Source: an uncultured Methanosarcinales archaeon (GTDB lineage: Archaea; Nanobdellota; Nanobdellia; Woesearchaeales; CAZOXR01). Taken from it: DNA of 64,000 nucleotides. Made by a program: the position numbers and the translations under genes. Within the stretch, counting starts at the first letter, position 1. Each line of letters starts with the position of its first letter. Location of the stretch: the NCBI GenBank assembly GCA_964566535.1, contig CAZMIO010000003.1, forward strand, positions 89,153 through 153,152. The letters run 5' to 3'. The notes beneath the pieces are model-generated. The model was not told the DNA's origin, searched no databases, and saw only the letters and a program-made list of their open reading frames with translations. Positions 29,958-39,854 of this stretch are shown one piece after another.

Positions 29958-30964
29958 TTTAATTTCTCTTTGATATCTTTAAGCTTAATCTCTCCACCTA
30001 ATACTGCAATACCTTCAACCTCTCTCTTCAACACCTTCTCAACCTCCCCTTTGTACTGACCATCGTTCATCTCAATTACCACAATCCGTTTATACTTCTC
30101 ACATACTTTCTTAAGTTCAGAATCAAGCATAGGAAATATCCTAATAGGCCTAAAGATAGAATATTCTTTCTTAAGCGGCAAGATTACTCTAGACGCAATA
30201 CCAAAAGAAATCAGCAAAGTATCAGAATCCTTATTCTCAAGGTACTCATAAAAATTATACTTCTTAGCAACGTCATTAATCCTCTTCTTATAGTCAGCAT
30301 ACCACTTTCTGTAATAAACAGGATCCTTGGTATGGGGGATTCCGTCCTTAGATAACAAACCAGTAAAATGCCTAGTACCCGAACCAAGCGGTTTCATCTC
30401 CCTAGGCTTAACCTTAATATCAACACCCTCAACATCAACAGTCTCAGACAAATGTCCTAAAAAACCATCTAATAATAAAATCACAGGACTTCTTGATTCT
30501 TCAGCAGCATTAAAAGCCTCAATTGAATACTTATAGCACTCTTCAACAGAGTTCGGATAAAAAACAATTGGATTGTAATCTCCATGACTTCCATACTTAG
30601 TCTGTAAAATATCTCCCTGTGAAGGCAGCGTAGGCATACCGGTACTCGGGCCAACTCTTTGTACATTTACTACTACCAGCGGAACTTCCATCATATGTGC
30701 TAACCCAATTGACTCTTGCTTAAGTGAAATCCCAGGACCAGATGAACTAGTCATAGACTTCCTACCAGCCAAACTTGCACCAATTACAATATTAATCGCA
30801 GCAATCTCATCCTCTGCATGTACAAATCCAATCTCTTCACTTTTCTTCGCAAGAATATGCATAATCTCAGAAGCAGGAGTAATGGGATAAGCTGCAAAAA
30901 AACTCATACCTGCCTTCATTGCTCCAATCGCAACAGCCTCATTACCCATCATTAACTTCTTCAT
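29954..30964 (-). CDS. korA: 2-oxoacid:ferredoxin oxidoreductase alpha subunit
   Basis: GNEAVA, YPITPASE, EDEIAA, SSGPG, QRVGPSTG, EMNDGQ. Confidence 0.9.
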   Translation of the reverse strand: MKKLMMGNEAVAIGAMKAGMSFFAAYPITPASEIMHILAKKSEEIGFVHAEDEIAAINIVIGASLAGRKSMTSSSGPGISLKQESIGLAHMMEVPLVVVNVQRVGPSTGMPTLPSQGDILQTKYGSHGDYNPIVFYPNSVEECYKYSIEAFNAAEESRSPVILLLDGFLGHLSETVDVEGVDIKVKPREMKPLGSGTRHFTGLLSKDGIPHTKDPVYYRKWYADYKKRINDVAKKYNFYEYLENKDSDTLLISFGIASRVILPLKKEYSIFRPIRIFPMLDSELKKVCEKYKRIVVIEMNDGQYKGEVEKVLKREVEGIAVLGGEIKLKDIKEKLK

Positions 30965-31173
30965 TTTTTTGGCGCAACCTCAATCGAAAAGTCAGGGCAA
31001 TACTTCATGCAAAGCTGACATTGAATACATTTATTTAAAGAAATCATCTCATCTTCCTTAAACTCAAGATTCTTAACAGGGCAGATATTAATACAGATAA
31101 AGCAGTGCTTACAATAATCTCCGCACCATGTCAATACATTATCCAGTTTCTTCCTTTCTTTCTCTTCAACCAT
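30961..31173 (-). CDS. korD: 2x[4Fe-4S] ferredoxin (delta subunit)
   Basis: CKHCFICINICP and CIQCQLCMKYCP. Confidence 0.88.
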   Translation of the reverse strand: MVEEKERKKLDNVLTWCGDYCKHCFICINICPVKNLEFKEDEMISLNKCIQCQLCMKYCPDFSIEVAPKK

Positions 31174-31317
31174 TAAAAAGAAGGTGCATCATCTATATAT
31201 AAATTTAATGTTTGGATAATTACAAAATCCCACCAAAACAACCATAACCTTTTTAAACTAACTAACAATCCAACACACCATAAACACTTATACTATATAC
31301 TACTAAATACATACAAA

Positions 31318-32199
31318 ATGGACATTAGGAACATACAAAAAACAGGCAACATGCACTATGTTTACCTGCCAACAAGTTGGTGTAAAAAATACAATATCAG
31401 TTCAGATTCTAAAGTAGGCTTAACCACAAATAGTGATGGTTCAATCTCAATCTCACAGCAAACTAAAGAAGTAGAAGGCAAAATATTAAACCTAACTCTA
31501 TCAGAAGCAACATCTGATATCTTAATAAAACTGATCATGGCATGCTACATCAACCCAATAAAATCATTCAAAATCAAATTCGAAAAAAAAGTAGACCTAG
31601 CAAAAATCTTAGGACAAAAGAAATCAATCAGCGCATTAGAATTCGTTGAGCTCGACGGAAACCACATAACTCATGAATCATCAATATTTGTTAAGGACAC
31701 TCATTCTCTGTTAAAAACAATGGTAAAAAAGATTAAAAACCTAATTGGCGTAATGATCAACCATTATGACAGAGAAATCATCGAAAAATATGAAGAAGAA
31801 ATTGACAGAAGTAAACTGTTCATTACAAAATCAGTTACTGGCTCGTTAGTCTTAAACGAACCAACAAAACTAAAGACCATTGAACTACATTACATAGCTT
31901 TACTAACTTACGACCTTGAAAGGATGGTAGACTCTCTTATACTTGTAGACCCAAAAGAAAAAGATTTACTAAAAAAGACATTATCAGTAATCGATACAAT
32001 CTCAAATATTCTTGAAGAGCTAGACCAACTTACATTCACTAAAGTAATAGCATTAGAAAAGAAAATCTCATTGATTAAAACCCCAGTCGTCGAGAATTTA
32101 AAAACTTACGGTCAAAGAAGGATAAAAAGACACTTCTCAAACATCTCTGTAGTGCTGTTTGACTGGGCAATTACAAAGGAGGTAGAGAAAACTAAATAG
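31318..32199 (+). CDS. AbrB-PhoU family regulator
   Basis: N-terminal RNIQKTG...LPTSW AbrB-like motif; EEEIDR and LERMVD PhoU-like helices. Confidence 0.75.
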   Translation: MDIRNIQKTGNMHYVYLPTSWCKKYNISSDSKVGLTTNSDGSISISQQTKEVEGKILNLTLSEATSDILIKLIMACYINPIKSFKIKFEKKVDLAKILGQKKSISALEFVELDGNHITHESSIFVKDTHSLLKTMVKKIKNLIGVMINHYDREIIEKYEEEIDRSKLFITKSVTGSLVLNEPTKLKTIELHYIALLTYDLERMVDSLILVDPKEKDLLKKTLSVIDTISNILEELDQLTFTKVIALEKKISLIKTPVVENLKTYGQRRIKRHFSNISVVLFDWAITKEVEKTK

Positions 32200-32266
32200 T
32201 ATACATAAAGTATAGACTATAACGTTTTAAATACATAAATTTCTTATTTGATAGGGGGGAGTAAAA

Positions 32267-32575
32267 ATGTTTGAAATACTAAAAGACCTAAAAAAAGCAG
32301 AAGAAGAATCAAAGGATATACTAATTGATGCAAAAGAAAAAGCAGATCTTTCTATAAAGAACGCTAAAGAAAAAGGAAAAGAAAACCTAGCGAAGCTTGC
32401 TGAAAAGTTCAACAAGCAAAAAGAAGAACAATTAGAAACCACAAAAACAGAACTAGAAACAGAAACAAACGACATCGAAGACAAAGGAAAAAAAGACATT
32501 GCAGAGTTAAAAAAGAACTCTACATCAAATAAAACAACAGCAATAGACGAAACAAAAAAAGCAATACTAAAATAA
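32267..32575 (+). CDS. atpH: A-type ATP synthase subunit H/G
   Basis: Charged coiled coil, first gene of the operon, strong SD. Confidence 0.8.
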   Translation: MFEILKDLKKAEEESKDILIDAKEKADLSIKNAKEKGKENLAKLAEKFNKQKEEQLETTKTELETETNDIEDKGKKDIAELKKNSTSNKTTAIDETKKAILK

Positions 32576-32578
32576 AAA

Positions 32579-34555
32579 ATGTTCAGATCGCACGATATGA
32601 AGAAGGTAGTGATTTTTGCTCTTAATAATCACAGAGACACTATCCTTTCAAAGATACAAAAACTAGGTTTAATGCAGCCTGTTGACCTCAAAAAAAGCGA
32701 AGTCAAAGAGCTAAACAAACCATTAGATAATTCTAACTTAAGGAAAATATCAGATTCCCTCCTAAGAATCTCAAGGTTAGTTAACATATTAAAAATTCCC
32801 CCTAAGAAACCCTCATTTGTCCAATCAATTCTTGGACTAGACTTATTAGATAAAAAACCAGTCCAGCATCAAAATTACACTAAAGTACTACAAGAATCGG
32901 AATCATTTCTAAATAAACACGAAAAAGAATTAATCAATCTAGAAGACGACCACTCAAAACTCCTGGAAAGAGAAGAAGAACTTGGTGGGTTTCATGTAAT
33001 TGTAGAACTATTTGGTCAGCACAACATCCCCTTAGAACTCCTAGCATCAACTGAAAAGATCTCAATCGTAACTGGACGTGTCTCAAATGAACACAAGCAA
33101 AAACTAGAGCAGGAATTAAACGAAAAATTAAACTCAGAAGTCCATATCATCACAAAAGAACAAGATAAGAAAGAATCAATCATAACTGTAGTCTCATTAA
33201 AAGAAAAACTTCCAGACTTAAACTTCTTAATGAAGAAATATAACGTTTCACAATTCACGATTCCAGAATGGGGAATAAAAAAGGACCCTAAGAACTATGT
33301 TGAAACAGAACTCAAGAGTGTTGAGCTAAAAAAGGAAGAGATTATGGGCAAAATAAGCAAATATGCCTCTAACACATTTGAAGGAGCAGTAATCCTAAGA
33401 GAAGAACTAGAAATTCTAAAACACCGTTACGAGACAATACATTCTATGCTCGACTCAGAAAAATTCTTCGTACTTCAAGGATGGATTCTAGCAAACAAAC
33501 TAAAACATTTCGAAACTGAACTAAAGACATCAGTAAACGAAAGTATAATAATCAAAGTAGAAGACCCCAAGAAAGATGACAATCCACCAGTAGAATTATC
33601 AAATAAAAAACACTTCAAGCCATTTGAGATGCTAACTGAACTTTATGCACTACCTAAATATAAAGACCTAGACCCCACTTTCATCGTAGGTCCATTATTC
33701 CTTATTTTCGCAGCATTCATGTTAACAGATGCAGTTTACGGATTTTTCTTAGTTATACTAGGGATATTAATCTTAAAGAAATTCGCAAAATACTCAGAAA
33801 GTATGAAACAAATTGCAGTTATCATCTTAGGCATGGGGCTACTCACTGTAATGTTTGGTATTTTAACGGGTTCCTATTTTGGTGACTTCCCAAAGTACAT
33901 CTGGGGAATGGAACCTAAAGATTTAGCAATATGGAAAGACCCGCTAGAAGATCCATTATATTTCCTAATCATCGCAATTGGAACAGCAGTCATTTACTTA
34001 AACATCGGATTCATCCTAGGAGTTATTGAAGACTTCAGGAAACGAGACTTCAAAACAATGTTTAAGGAAAGATTAGTCTGGTTTATGCTCCAGGCAGGGA
34101 TAGCATTACTAATATTGAAGGCAAATCCAATTTTATTCTCACTCCTTGGCAAAGATATTGGTTTAGCAACATTAATCATCACAATTTCAGTACTATCTAT
34201 AGTGATAACATCAGGACCATTAGGTTTACTATCTATAACAGGACTCATGGGGGACATGATTTCATTTTCACGTCTTTTCGCACTATCATTATCTACAGCA
34301 GGAATTGCCCTAGCAGTCAACTTGCTGGCAAATCTTGTTAAAGACACACCATTTGTGGGAATAATCTTGGCAGCAATCATATTCTTAATTGGACATGCAT
34401 TTGGGTTTGTAATGAATTCAATAGGTAGTTTTGTACATTCACTAAGGTTACAATTCGTAGAATTCTTCGGAAGATTCTATGAAGGTGGTGGAGATAAATT
34501 CACCCCACTAAAGGAAGACCGTTATTATACAGAGGTTAAAGAAGATGACAATTGA
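32579..34555 (+). CDS. atpI: A-type ATP synthase subunit I (a)
   Basis: PKYKDLDPT, D..YG, ISFSRLFAL (essential Arg), HSLRLQFVEFF. Confidence 0.95.
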   Translation: MFRSHDMKKVVIFALNNHRDTILSKIQKLGLMQPVDLKKSEVKELNKPLDNSNLRKISDSLLRISRLVNILKIPPKKPSFVQSILGLDLLDKKPVQHQNYTKVLQESESFLNKHEKELINLEDDHSKLLEREEELGGFHVIVELFGQHNIPLELLASTEKISIVTGRVSNEHKQKLEQELNEKLNSEVHIITKEQDKKESIITVVSLKEKLPDLNFLMKKYNVSQFTIPEWGIKKDPKNYVETELKSVELKKEEIMGKISKYASNTFEGAVILREELEILKHRYETIHSMLDSEKFFVLQGWILANKLKHFETELKTSVNESIIIKVEDPKKDDNPPVELSNKKHFKPFEMLTELYALPKYKDLDPTFIVGPLFLIFAAFMLTDAVYGFFLVILGILILKKFAKYSESMKQIAVIILGMGLLTVMFGILTGSYFGDFPKYIWGMEPKDLAIWKDPLEDPLYFLIIAIGTAVIYLNIGFILGVIEDFRKRDFKTMFKERLVWFMLQAGIALLILKANPILFSLLGKDIGLATLIITISVLSIVITSGPLGLLSITGLMGDMISFSRLFALSLSTAGIALAVNLLANLVKDTPFVGIILAAIIFLIGHAFGFVMNSIGSFVHSLRLQFVEFFGRFYEGGGDKFTPLKEDRYYTEVKEDDN

Positions 34556-37500
34556 GGATGTAGCTAACATCATCACAATTCCAATACAAAAGAATGGAGT
34601 TCCAGCTACTATCCAGGTTATTAACCAAACAGTAGCAGATACAGCATCTACTGCAATAACCAACATCTCAAACACAGCAGCAGATGCAGTAATCACCGTT
34701 TCAAACACAGCAGCAGATGTAGCAGTTAATACAACTAAAGCAGCAACAGTTCTATTAGGAATGGATTTCGGGAACCTAGATGGAAAAGCAGTAGCAATCA
34801 TTGGAGCAGGAATAGCAGTTGCAGCAGCAGGAATTGCATCAGCAATCGGAGCAGGAATTGTTGGTTCTACTGGAGCAAGAGAATCTGCAGAGGATCCAAA
34901 AAGATTTTCACAATCATTACTATTCCAAGCCCTACCTCAAACTCAGGGAATTTATGGTTTTTTAATAGCAATCCTAATCATGTTAGGCGCAGGAGTAATA
35001 GGCCCTGCAAAAGAAATAACTTTATCTCAAGGACTTGGCGCCCTAGGAGCTGGGTTAGCAGTTGGACTTGCAGCAGTATCAGCAATCGGTCAAGGGTTAG
35101 CCGCATCTGCTGGATTAGGAGCAACAGCAAGAGACAAAAAGATGTTCGGAAAATCAATCCTATTCTCAGTACTTCCAGAAACACAAGCACTATACGGATT
35201 CCTTGTAGCTATCCTTATATTAGTAGGATTCGGACTTTTCGGAACTGCACCAGTAGACATACCAATCGCAGCTGGTTGGGCAGCAGTTGGAGCAGGTCTT
35301 GCAATAGGTCTTGCAGGTATCAGTGCAATCGGTCAGGGAATCGCTGCAGCAGGAAGCATTGGGGCAGTCTTAGAAAAAAGCAAGGCATTTGGTAAATCAG
35401 TTATATTCGCAGTACTCCCAGAAACACAAGCCCTATACGGATTCATAATCGCAATCTTAATCCTCATTGGATTCGGAATCCTAGGAACAGCAACTACAGC
35501 ACTTTCATTTGGAGCAGCACTATTCACAATTGCAGCAGGATTAAGTGTTGGTCTTGCAGCAGTATCGGCAATCGGTCAGGGAATCGCAGCATCTTCAGGG
35601 GTAAATGCAGTAGCCTCAAATGACAAATCATTCGGAAAATCAATCCTATTCTCAGTACTCCCAGAAACACAAGCACTATACGGCTTTTTAATTGCCATCC
35701 TTCTTCTAGTTGGAGCAGGAATAATTGGAGCTGCAAAAGCAGGCATAACTACCCCAATAGGAGTCATTGCAATCGGTGCAGGACTTGCAGCAGGTATTGC
35801 AGGTATCAGTGCAATCGGTCAGGGAATCGCAGCCAGCGCAGGAATTAATGCAGTAAGTCAAAAACCAAAATCATTCGGAAAAGCTATTCTTTTCAGTGTC
35901 CTCCCAGAAACACAAGCACTATACGGCTTCCTAATAGCTATCCTCTTATTAGTTGGAGGGGGAATATTAGGAACAGCAAAGCTTGGAATTGAAATTCACG
36001 TTGGATTAATAGCAATCGGAGCAGGCCTTGCAACAGGTCTTGCAGCAATCTCAGCAGTAGGTCAGGGAATCGCAGCCTCATCAGGAATAGCAACAGTAGC
36101 TAAAGACGAAAAATCATTCGGAAAATCAATCCTATTCAGCGTCTTACCAGAAACACAAGCACTATACGGCTTCCTAATAGCAATCTTATTAATGGTAGGC
36201 GGAGGATTACTAGGTGCAATCAAATCAGGATTAAATATATCAACAGGACTTATTGCAATCGGTGCAGGCTTAGCAACTGGTCTTGCAGCAGTATCAGCAA
36301 TCGGTCAGGGAATCGCAGCCTCATCAGGCATTAACACAGTTTCAAAAAATCCAAAATCATTCGGAAAATCAATCCTATTCTCAGTACTTCCAGAAACACA
36401 AGCCCTATACGGCTTCCTAATAGCAATCCTACTAATGGTAGGCGGAGGAATAGTTGGAGCAACAACAACTGGATTATCATCCGGAATTGGATTAATCGCA
36501 GTTGGATGTGGTATAGCAGTTGGATTTGCAGCAGTCTCAGCAGTAGGTCAGGGAATCGCAGCCAGCGCAGGAATCAATGCAGTAAACGAAAACCCAAAAT
36601 CATTCGGAAAATCAATCCTATTCTCAGTCTTACCAGAAACACAAGCACTATACGGCTTCCTAATAGCAATCCTACTAATGGTAGGCGGAGGATTAGTTGG
36701 AATAGTCAAACAAGGAATAGACCTCCCTATAGGATTAGTGGCAATCGGAGCTGCCATTGCAACAGGAATTGCAGGTATCAGCGCAGTAGGTCAGGGAATG
36801 GCAGCATCATCTGGAATAGCAACAGTAGCTAAAGACGAAAAATCATTCGGAAAATCAATCCTATTCTCAGTCTTACCAGAAACACAAGCACTATACGGCT
36901 TCCTAATAGCAATCCTACTAATGGTAGGGGGAGGATTATTGGGTGTAATCAAAGAAGGCATAAGCATAGCTATTGGTTTTGTGGCAATCGGTGCAGGACT
37001 TGCAGCAGGTTTAGCAGCAGTCTCAGCAGTTGGTCAAGGAATCGCGGCCTCATCCGGTATTAATACAGTTTCAAGAAATCCAAAATCATTCGGAAAATCA
37101 ATCCTATTCAGCGTCTTACCAGAAACACAAGCACTATACGGCTTCCTAATCGCTGTACTTCTACTTGTAGGCGGAGGAATAATCGGAGTAATAAATCCTA
37201 ATATCAACTTACCAGTTGGATTAATAGCAATCGGTGCAGGACTTGCAACAGGTTTAGCAGCAGTCTCAGCAGTAGGTCAGGGAATGGCAGCAGCTGCAGG
37301 AGCAGAAGCAGCATCTGAAGATCCAAAATCATTCGGAAAATCAATCCTATTCAGCGTCTTACCAGAAACACAAGCACTATACGGCTTCCTAATAGCAATC
37401 CTACTAGTAGCTTCAGGAGGAATACTGGGAGCAGCAAAACCAGGCCTTACAGTACCGATTGGACTTGTAGCAGTTGGTGCAGGAGTATCTATCGGAGTTG

Positions 37501-37916
37501 CATGTTTGTCTGCTCTTGGTCAAGGAATCGCAGCATCCTCCGGTATCGGATCTATACTTGAAAGAAAGAATATTTTTGGAAAGTCAGTATTGTTCTCAGT
37601 ACTTCCAGAAACACAAGCTCTTTACGGAATTATCATATCCATACTTCTTTTGACAGGAGTTGGACTTTTAGGTACAATAAAATCAGGGATAACAATTACA
37701 CAAGGTATTGGTGGAATTGGAATTGGAATAGCAATGGGTCTAGCCGCAGTTAGTGCAGTAGGTCAAGGAATTGTGTCTGCATCTTCAATAGGTGCTGCAG
37801 TAAGAGACCAAAAATCAACTGGAAAAAGCCTAGTATTAAGTGTTATTCCAGAAACATACGCAATATTTGGATTATTAATATCAATACTATTATTGATAGG
37901 ATTAAAATTTATATGA
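34545..37916 (+). CDS. atpK: A-type ATP synthase subunit K/c with 13 fused hairpins
   Basis: 13 repeats of about 81 aa with SAxGQG...LPETQALYG; occupies the K position of the operon. Confidence 0.95.
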   Translation: MTIEDVANIITIPIQKNGVPATIQVINQTVADTASTAITNISNTAADAVITVSNTAADVAVNTTKAATVLLGMDFGNLDGKAVAIIGAGIAVAAAGIASAIGAGIVGSTGARESAEDPKRFSQSLLFQALPQTQGIYGFLIAILIMLGAGVIGPAKEITLSQGLGALGAGLAVGLAAVSAIGQGLAASAGLGATARDKKMFGKSILFSVLPETQALYGFLVAILILVGFGLFGTAPVDIPIAAGWAAVGAGLAIGLAGISAIGQGIAAAGSIGAVLEKSKAFGKSVIFAVLPETQALYGFIIAILILIGFGILGTATTALSFGAALFTIAAGLSVGLAAVSAIGQGIAASSGVNAVASNDKSFGKSILFSVLPETQALYGFLIAILLLVGAGIIGAAKAGITTPIGVIAIGAGLAAGIAGISAIGQGIAASAGINAVSQKPKSFGKAILFSVLPETQALYGFLIAILLLVGGGILGTAKLGIEIHVGLIAIGAGLATGLAAISAVGQGIAASSGIATVAKDEKSFGKSILFSVLPETQALYGFLIAILLMVGGGLLGAIKSGLNISTGLIAIGAGLATGLAAVSAIGQGIAASSGINTVSKNPKSFGKSILFSVLPETQALYGFLIAILLMVGGGIVGATTTGLSSGIGLIAVGCGIAVGFAAVSAVGQGIAASAGINAVNENPKSFGKSILFSVLPETQALYGFLIAILLMVGGGLVGIVKQGIDLPIGLVAIGAAIATGIAGISAVGQGMAASSGIATVAKDEKSFGKSILFSVLPETQALYGFLIAILLMVGGGLLGVIKEGISIAIGFVAIGAGLAAGLAAVSAVGQGIAASSGINTVSRNPKSFGKSILFSVLPETQALYGFLIAVLLLVGGGIIGVINPNINLPVGLIAIGAGLATGLAAVSAVGQGMAAAAGAEAASEDPKSFGKSILFSVLPETQALYGFLIAILLVASGGILGAAKPGLTVPIGLVAVGAGVSIGVACLSALGQGIAASSGIGSILERKNIFGKSVLFSVLPETQALYGIIISILLLTGVGLLGTIKSGITITQGIGGIGIGIAMGLAAVSAVGQGIVSASSIGAAVRDQKSTGKSLVLSVIPETYAIFGLLISILLLIGLKFI
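34790..37913 (+). repeat. 13 tandem coding repeats, period 243 bp
   Basis: ccagaaacacaagc core recurs every 243 nt from about 35175 to 37605, with variant copies near 34935 and 37848. Confidence 0.92.
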
Positions 37917-37931
37917 TGAATGGTGATACAA

Positions 37932-38489
37932 ATGAACGGTGCGCAAAATATAAAAAACAAAATTTTGGAAGAAGCAAAGATAGAAGCTGATAAAATATTA
38001 GCAGAAGCTAAACTAGAAGAAGATAAGATAGCTAGCAACAACAAAAAGGAAGAAGAAAACTACACAAAAAAAAGAGAAGACGAAATAGAAAAAGCAGTAA
38101 AACTCTTCAAAGACAAAACATTAGCTCAAGCTAGATTAAAGGCAAAAAGAGATTACTTAGATGAACGTGAAACAATTATAGAAAAATACATCAAAGAAGG
38201 CATAAAATCAATAAGCAGTTCATCAAAGGACTACCAGGAATATATGAAAAAAATCCTGACAAAAAACATAAAACTCCTTTCAGGAGAGATAACAGTTTTC
38301 TGCAACAAAAGTGACCAACCACTGGTAAAAAAGATTGTAGGGGATGAAGCAAAAGTAGAAACCGCTAGAATTACTGGTGGAGTTACTATGGAAGACTCAA
38401 CCGGAGTTAAAATTGACGAGTCAATTGAATCAAAGGTAGAAAGAGTTAAGGATACGTTAAGACAAAAAATAGTAAAGTCAATCGAGTAA
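37932..38489 (+). CDS. atpE: A-type ATP synthase subunit E
   Basis: IKNKILEEAK coiled coil, ITGGV...D.S motif; GGTGA SD. Confidence 0.88.
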   Translation: MNGAQNIKNKILEEAKIEADKILAEAKLEEDKIASNNKKEEENYTKKREDEIEKAVKLFKDKTLAQARLKAKRDYLDERETIIEKYIKEGIKSISSSSKDYQEYMKKILTKNIKLLSGEITVFCNKSDQPLVKKIVGDEAKVETARITGGVTMEDSTGVKIDESIESKVERVKDTLRQKIVKSIE

Positions 38490-38493
38490 AAAA

Positions 38494-39537
38494 ATGGATG
38501 TAACAATACCTTTAGTAATAGGAGCAGCAACTTTAGCAGGAGTTGTAGTAATAGCTCCAGTTACAAAGTACGCATTGGATATCTATCCTTTCCTGTATGC
38601 CAACACAAGGTGTTCTTCTAGACTAAGTTTTTTACTGACTAAGAAGTCATACGAAGAATTATTGGCATCAACAAGTAAAGATGAGGCTTTTGCTTTGCTA
38701 GAGGATTCCTATTATAGTAAGATTGTTGAACATTCAAAAGATTTTTTTTCATTTTCAGAATCATTAGAAGATGACGCTTACAATACTTATAACTGGCTTT
38801 CAACAATTGTACCTCCAGTTATAGCTCCAATAATCAATTCCCTAAATATGAAGTTCGAGATTAGTGAAATAAAAAAGATATTAAATGCATTAAAGGAAAA
38901 CAAGGATGTCGAAGAAATAAAGTTCATAAGTGACCCTGAGTTGAAATTAAAACTAGAGTCAGCAAAAGACTTCCAGTCATTAACAGTAGCATTAGAGGGG
39001 ACCCATTACAATGTAGTATTTCAGAATAAATCATTAGACCAATTAAGTGAACTCAATACTCAACTTGACAAATATTATCTTGGGAACCTTATTAGTACAA
39101 TCAATGTTGTTACAGACAAAAAGGCAGCAGAACCATTCTTGGAATATGCAAGGGTTCTTATTGACATGTTTAACATTAGAGCGTTGATAAGAGGGATAGG
39201 CGCAAACAAAAACACCGAGCTTATAGAATCTGGAAATCTAAACAAGGAAGAACTCACCGGGGTAACTGATATTGCTCAATTAGGATCAACACTAACTAAC
39301 AGCATATATGGGGAGTTCATTGGAGATATCAACAATTTGAATATTGAAAATGGATTCTATAAATTCTTTTTGAAACAAGCAGGTAACGTAGTAGCAAAAT
39401 ACACAATTAAGTCAGGTTCAGTTGTAAGGTTCATAATCATGAAAGAAATAGAAACAAGAAACTTAAATTCATTAATAAAACTAAAATCAGAAGGCTTCCA
39501 ACAGGAAAAAATAAGGCCTTTGTTGATGGTGGAATAA
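38494..39537 (+). CDS. atpC: A-type ATP synthase subunit C
   Basis: FLYANTR, IDMFNIR, KEIETRNL; operon position. Confidence 0.88.
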   Translation: MDVTIPLVIGAATLAGVVVIAPVTKYALDIYPFLYANTRCSSRLSFLLTKKSYEELLASTSKDEAFALLEDSYYSKIVEHSKDFFSFSESLEDDAYNTYNWLSTIVPPVIAPIINSLNMKFEISEIKKILNALKENKDVEEIKFISDPELKLKLESAKDFQSLTVALEGTHYNVVFQNKSLDQLSELNTQLDKYYLGNLISTINVVTDKKAAEPFLEYARVLIDMFNIRALIRGIGANKNTELIESGNLNKEELTGVTDIAQLGSTLTNSIYGEFIGDINNLNIENGFYKFFLKQAGNVVAKYTIKSGSVVRFIIMKEIETRNLNSLIKLKSEGFQQEKIRPLLMVE

Positions 39538-39538
39538 G

Positions 39539-39838
39539 ATGGACATAGCAATAATAGCAGATAAAGACACAATAATTGGATTCAAATTAGCAGGAGTAAG
39601 AAACTCAGCAGTATTCAACGAAAAAACAATAAAAGAAGACATAATAAAATTCAAAGAGTCTCATATTTTAATCTTGACAGAAAATATTGCAAAGACTGTA
39701 AGGGAAAACAAATTAGAAAAACTAATTGAAGGAGTGATTGTTGAAGTTCCTGATAAAAATGGATCAACAGGACTTGCAACAAACGAAATATCAAGATTAT
39801 TTGAAGAGGCAATAGGTGTAAAACTTAAAGAAAATTAA
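39539..39838 (+). CDS. atpF: A-type ATP synthase subunit F
   Basis: [25 protein letters not shown]. Confidence 0.92.
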   Translation: MDIAIIADKDTIIGFKLAGVRNSAVFNEKTIKEDIIKFKESHILILTENIAKTVRENKLEKLIEGVIVEVPDKNGSTGLATNEISRLFEEAIGVKLKEN

Positions 39839-39854
39839 CCTCGGAGGGATTATA

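Noticed and set aside
34900..37900. Regularly spaced near-identical repeats resembling a CRISPR array
   Set aside because: The period is 243 bp, in frame, and encodes proteolipid hairpins; there are no unique spacers or cas genes
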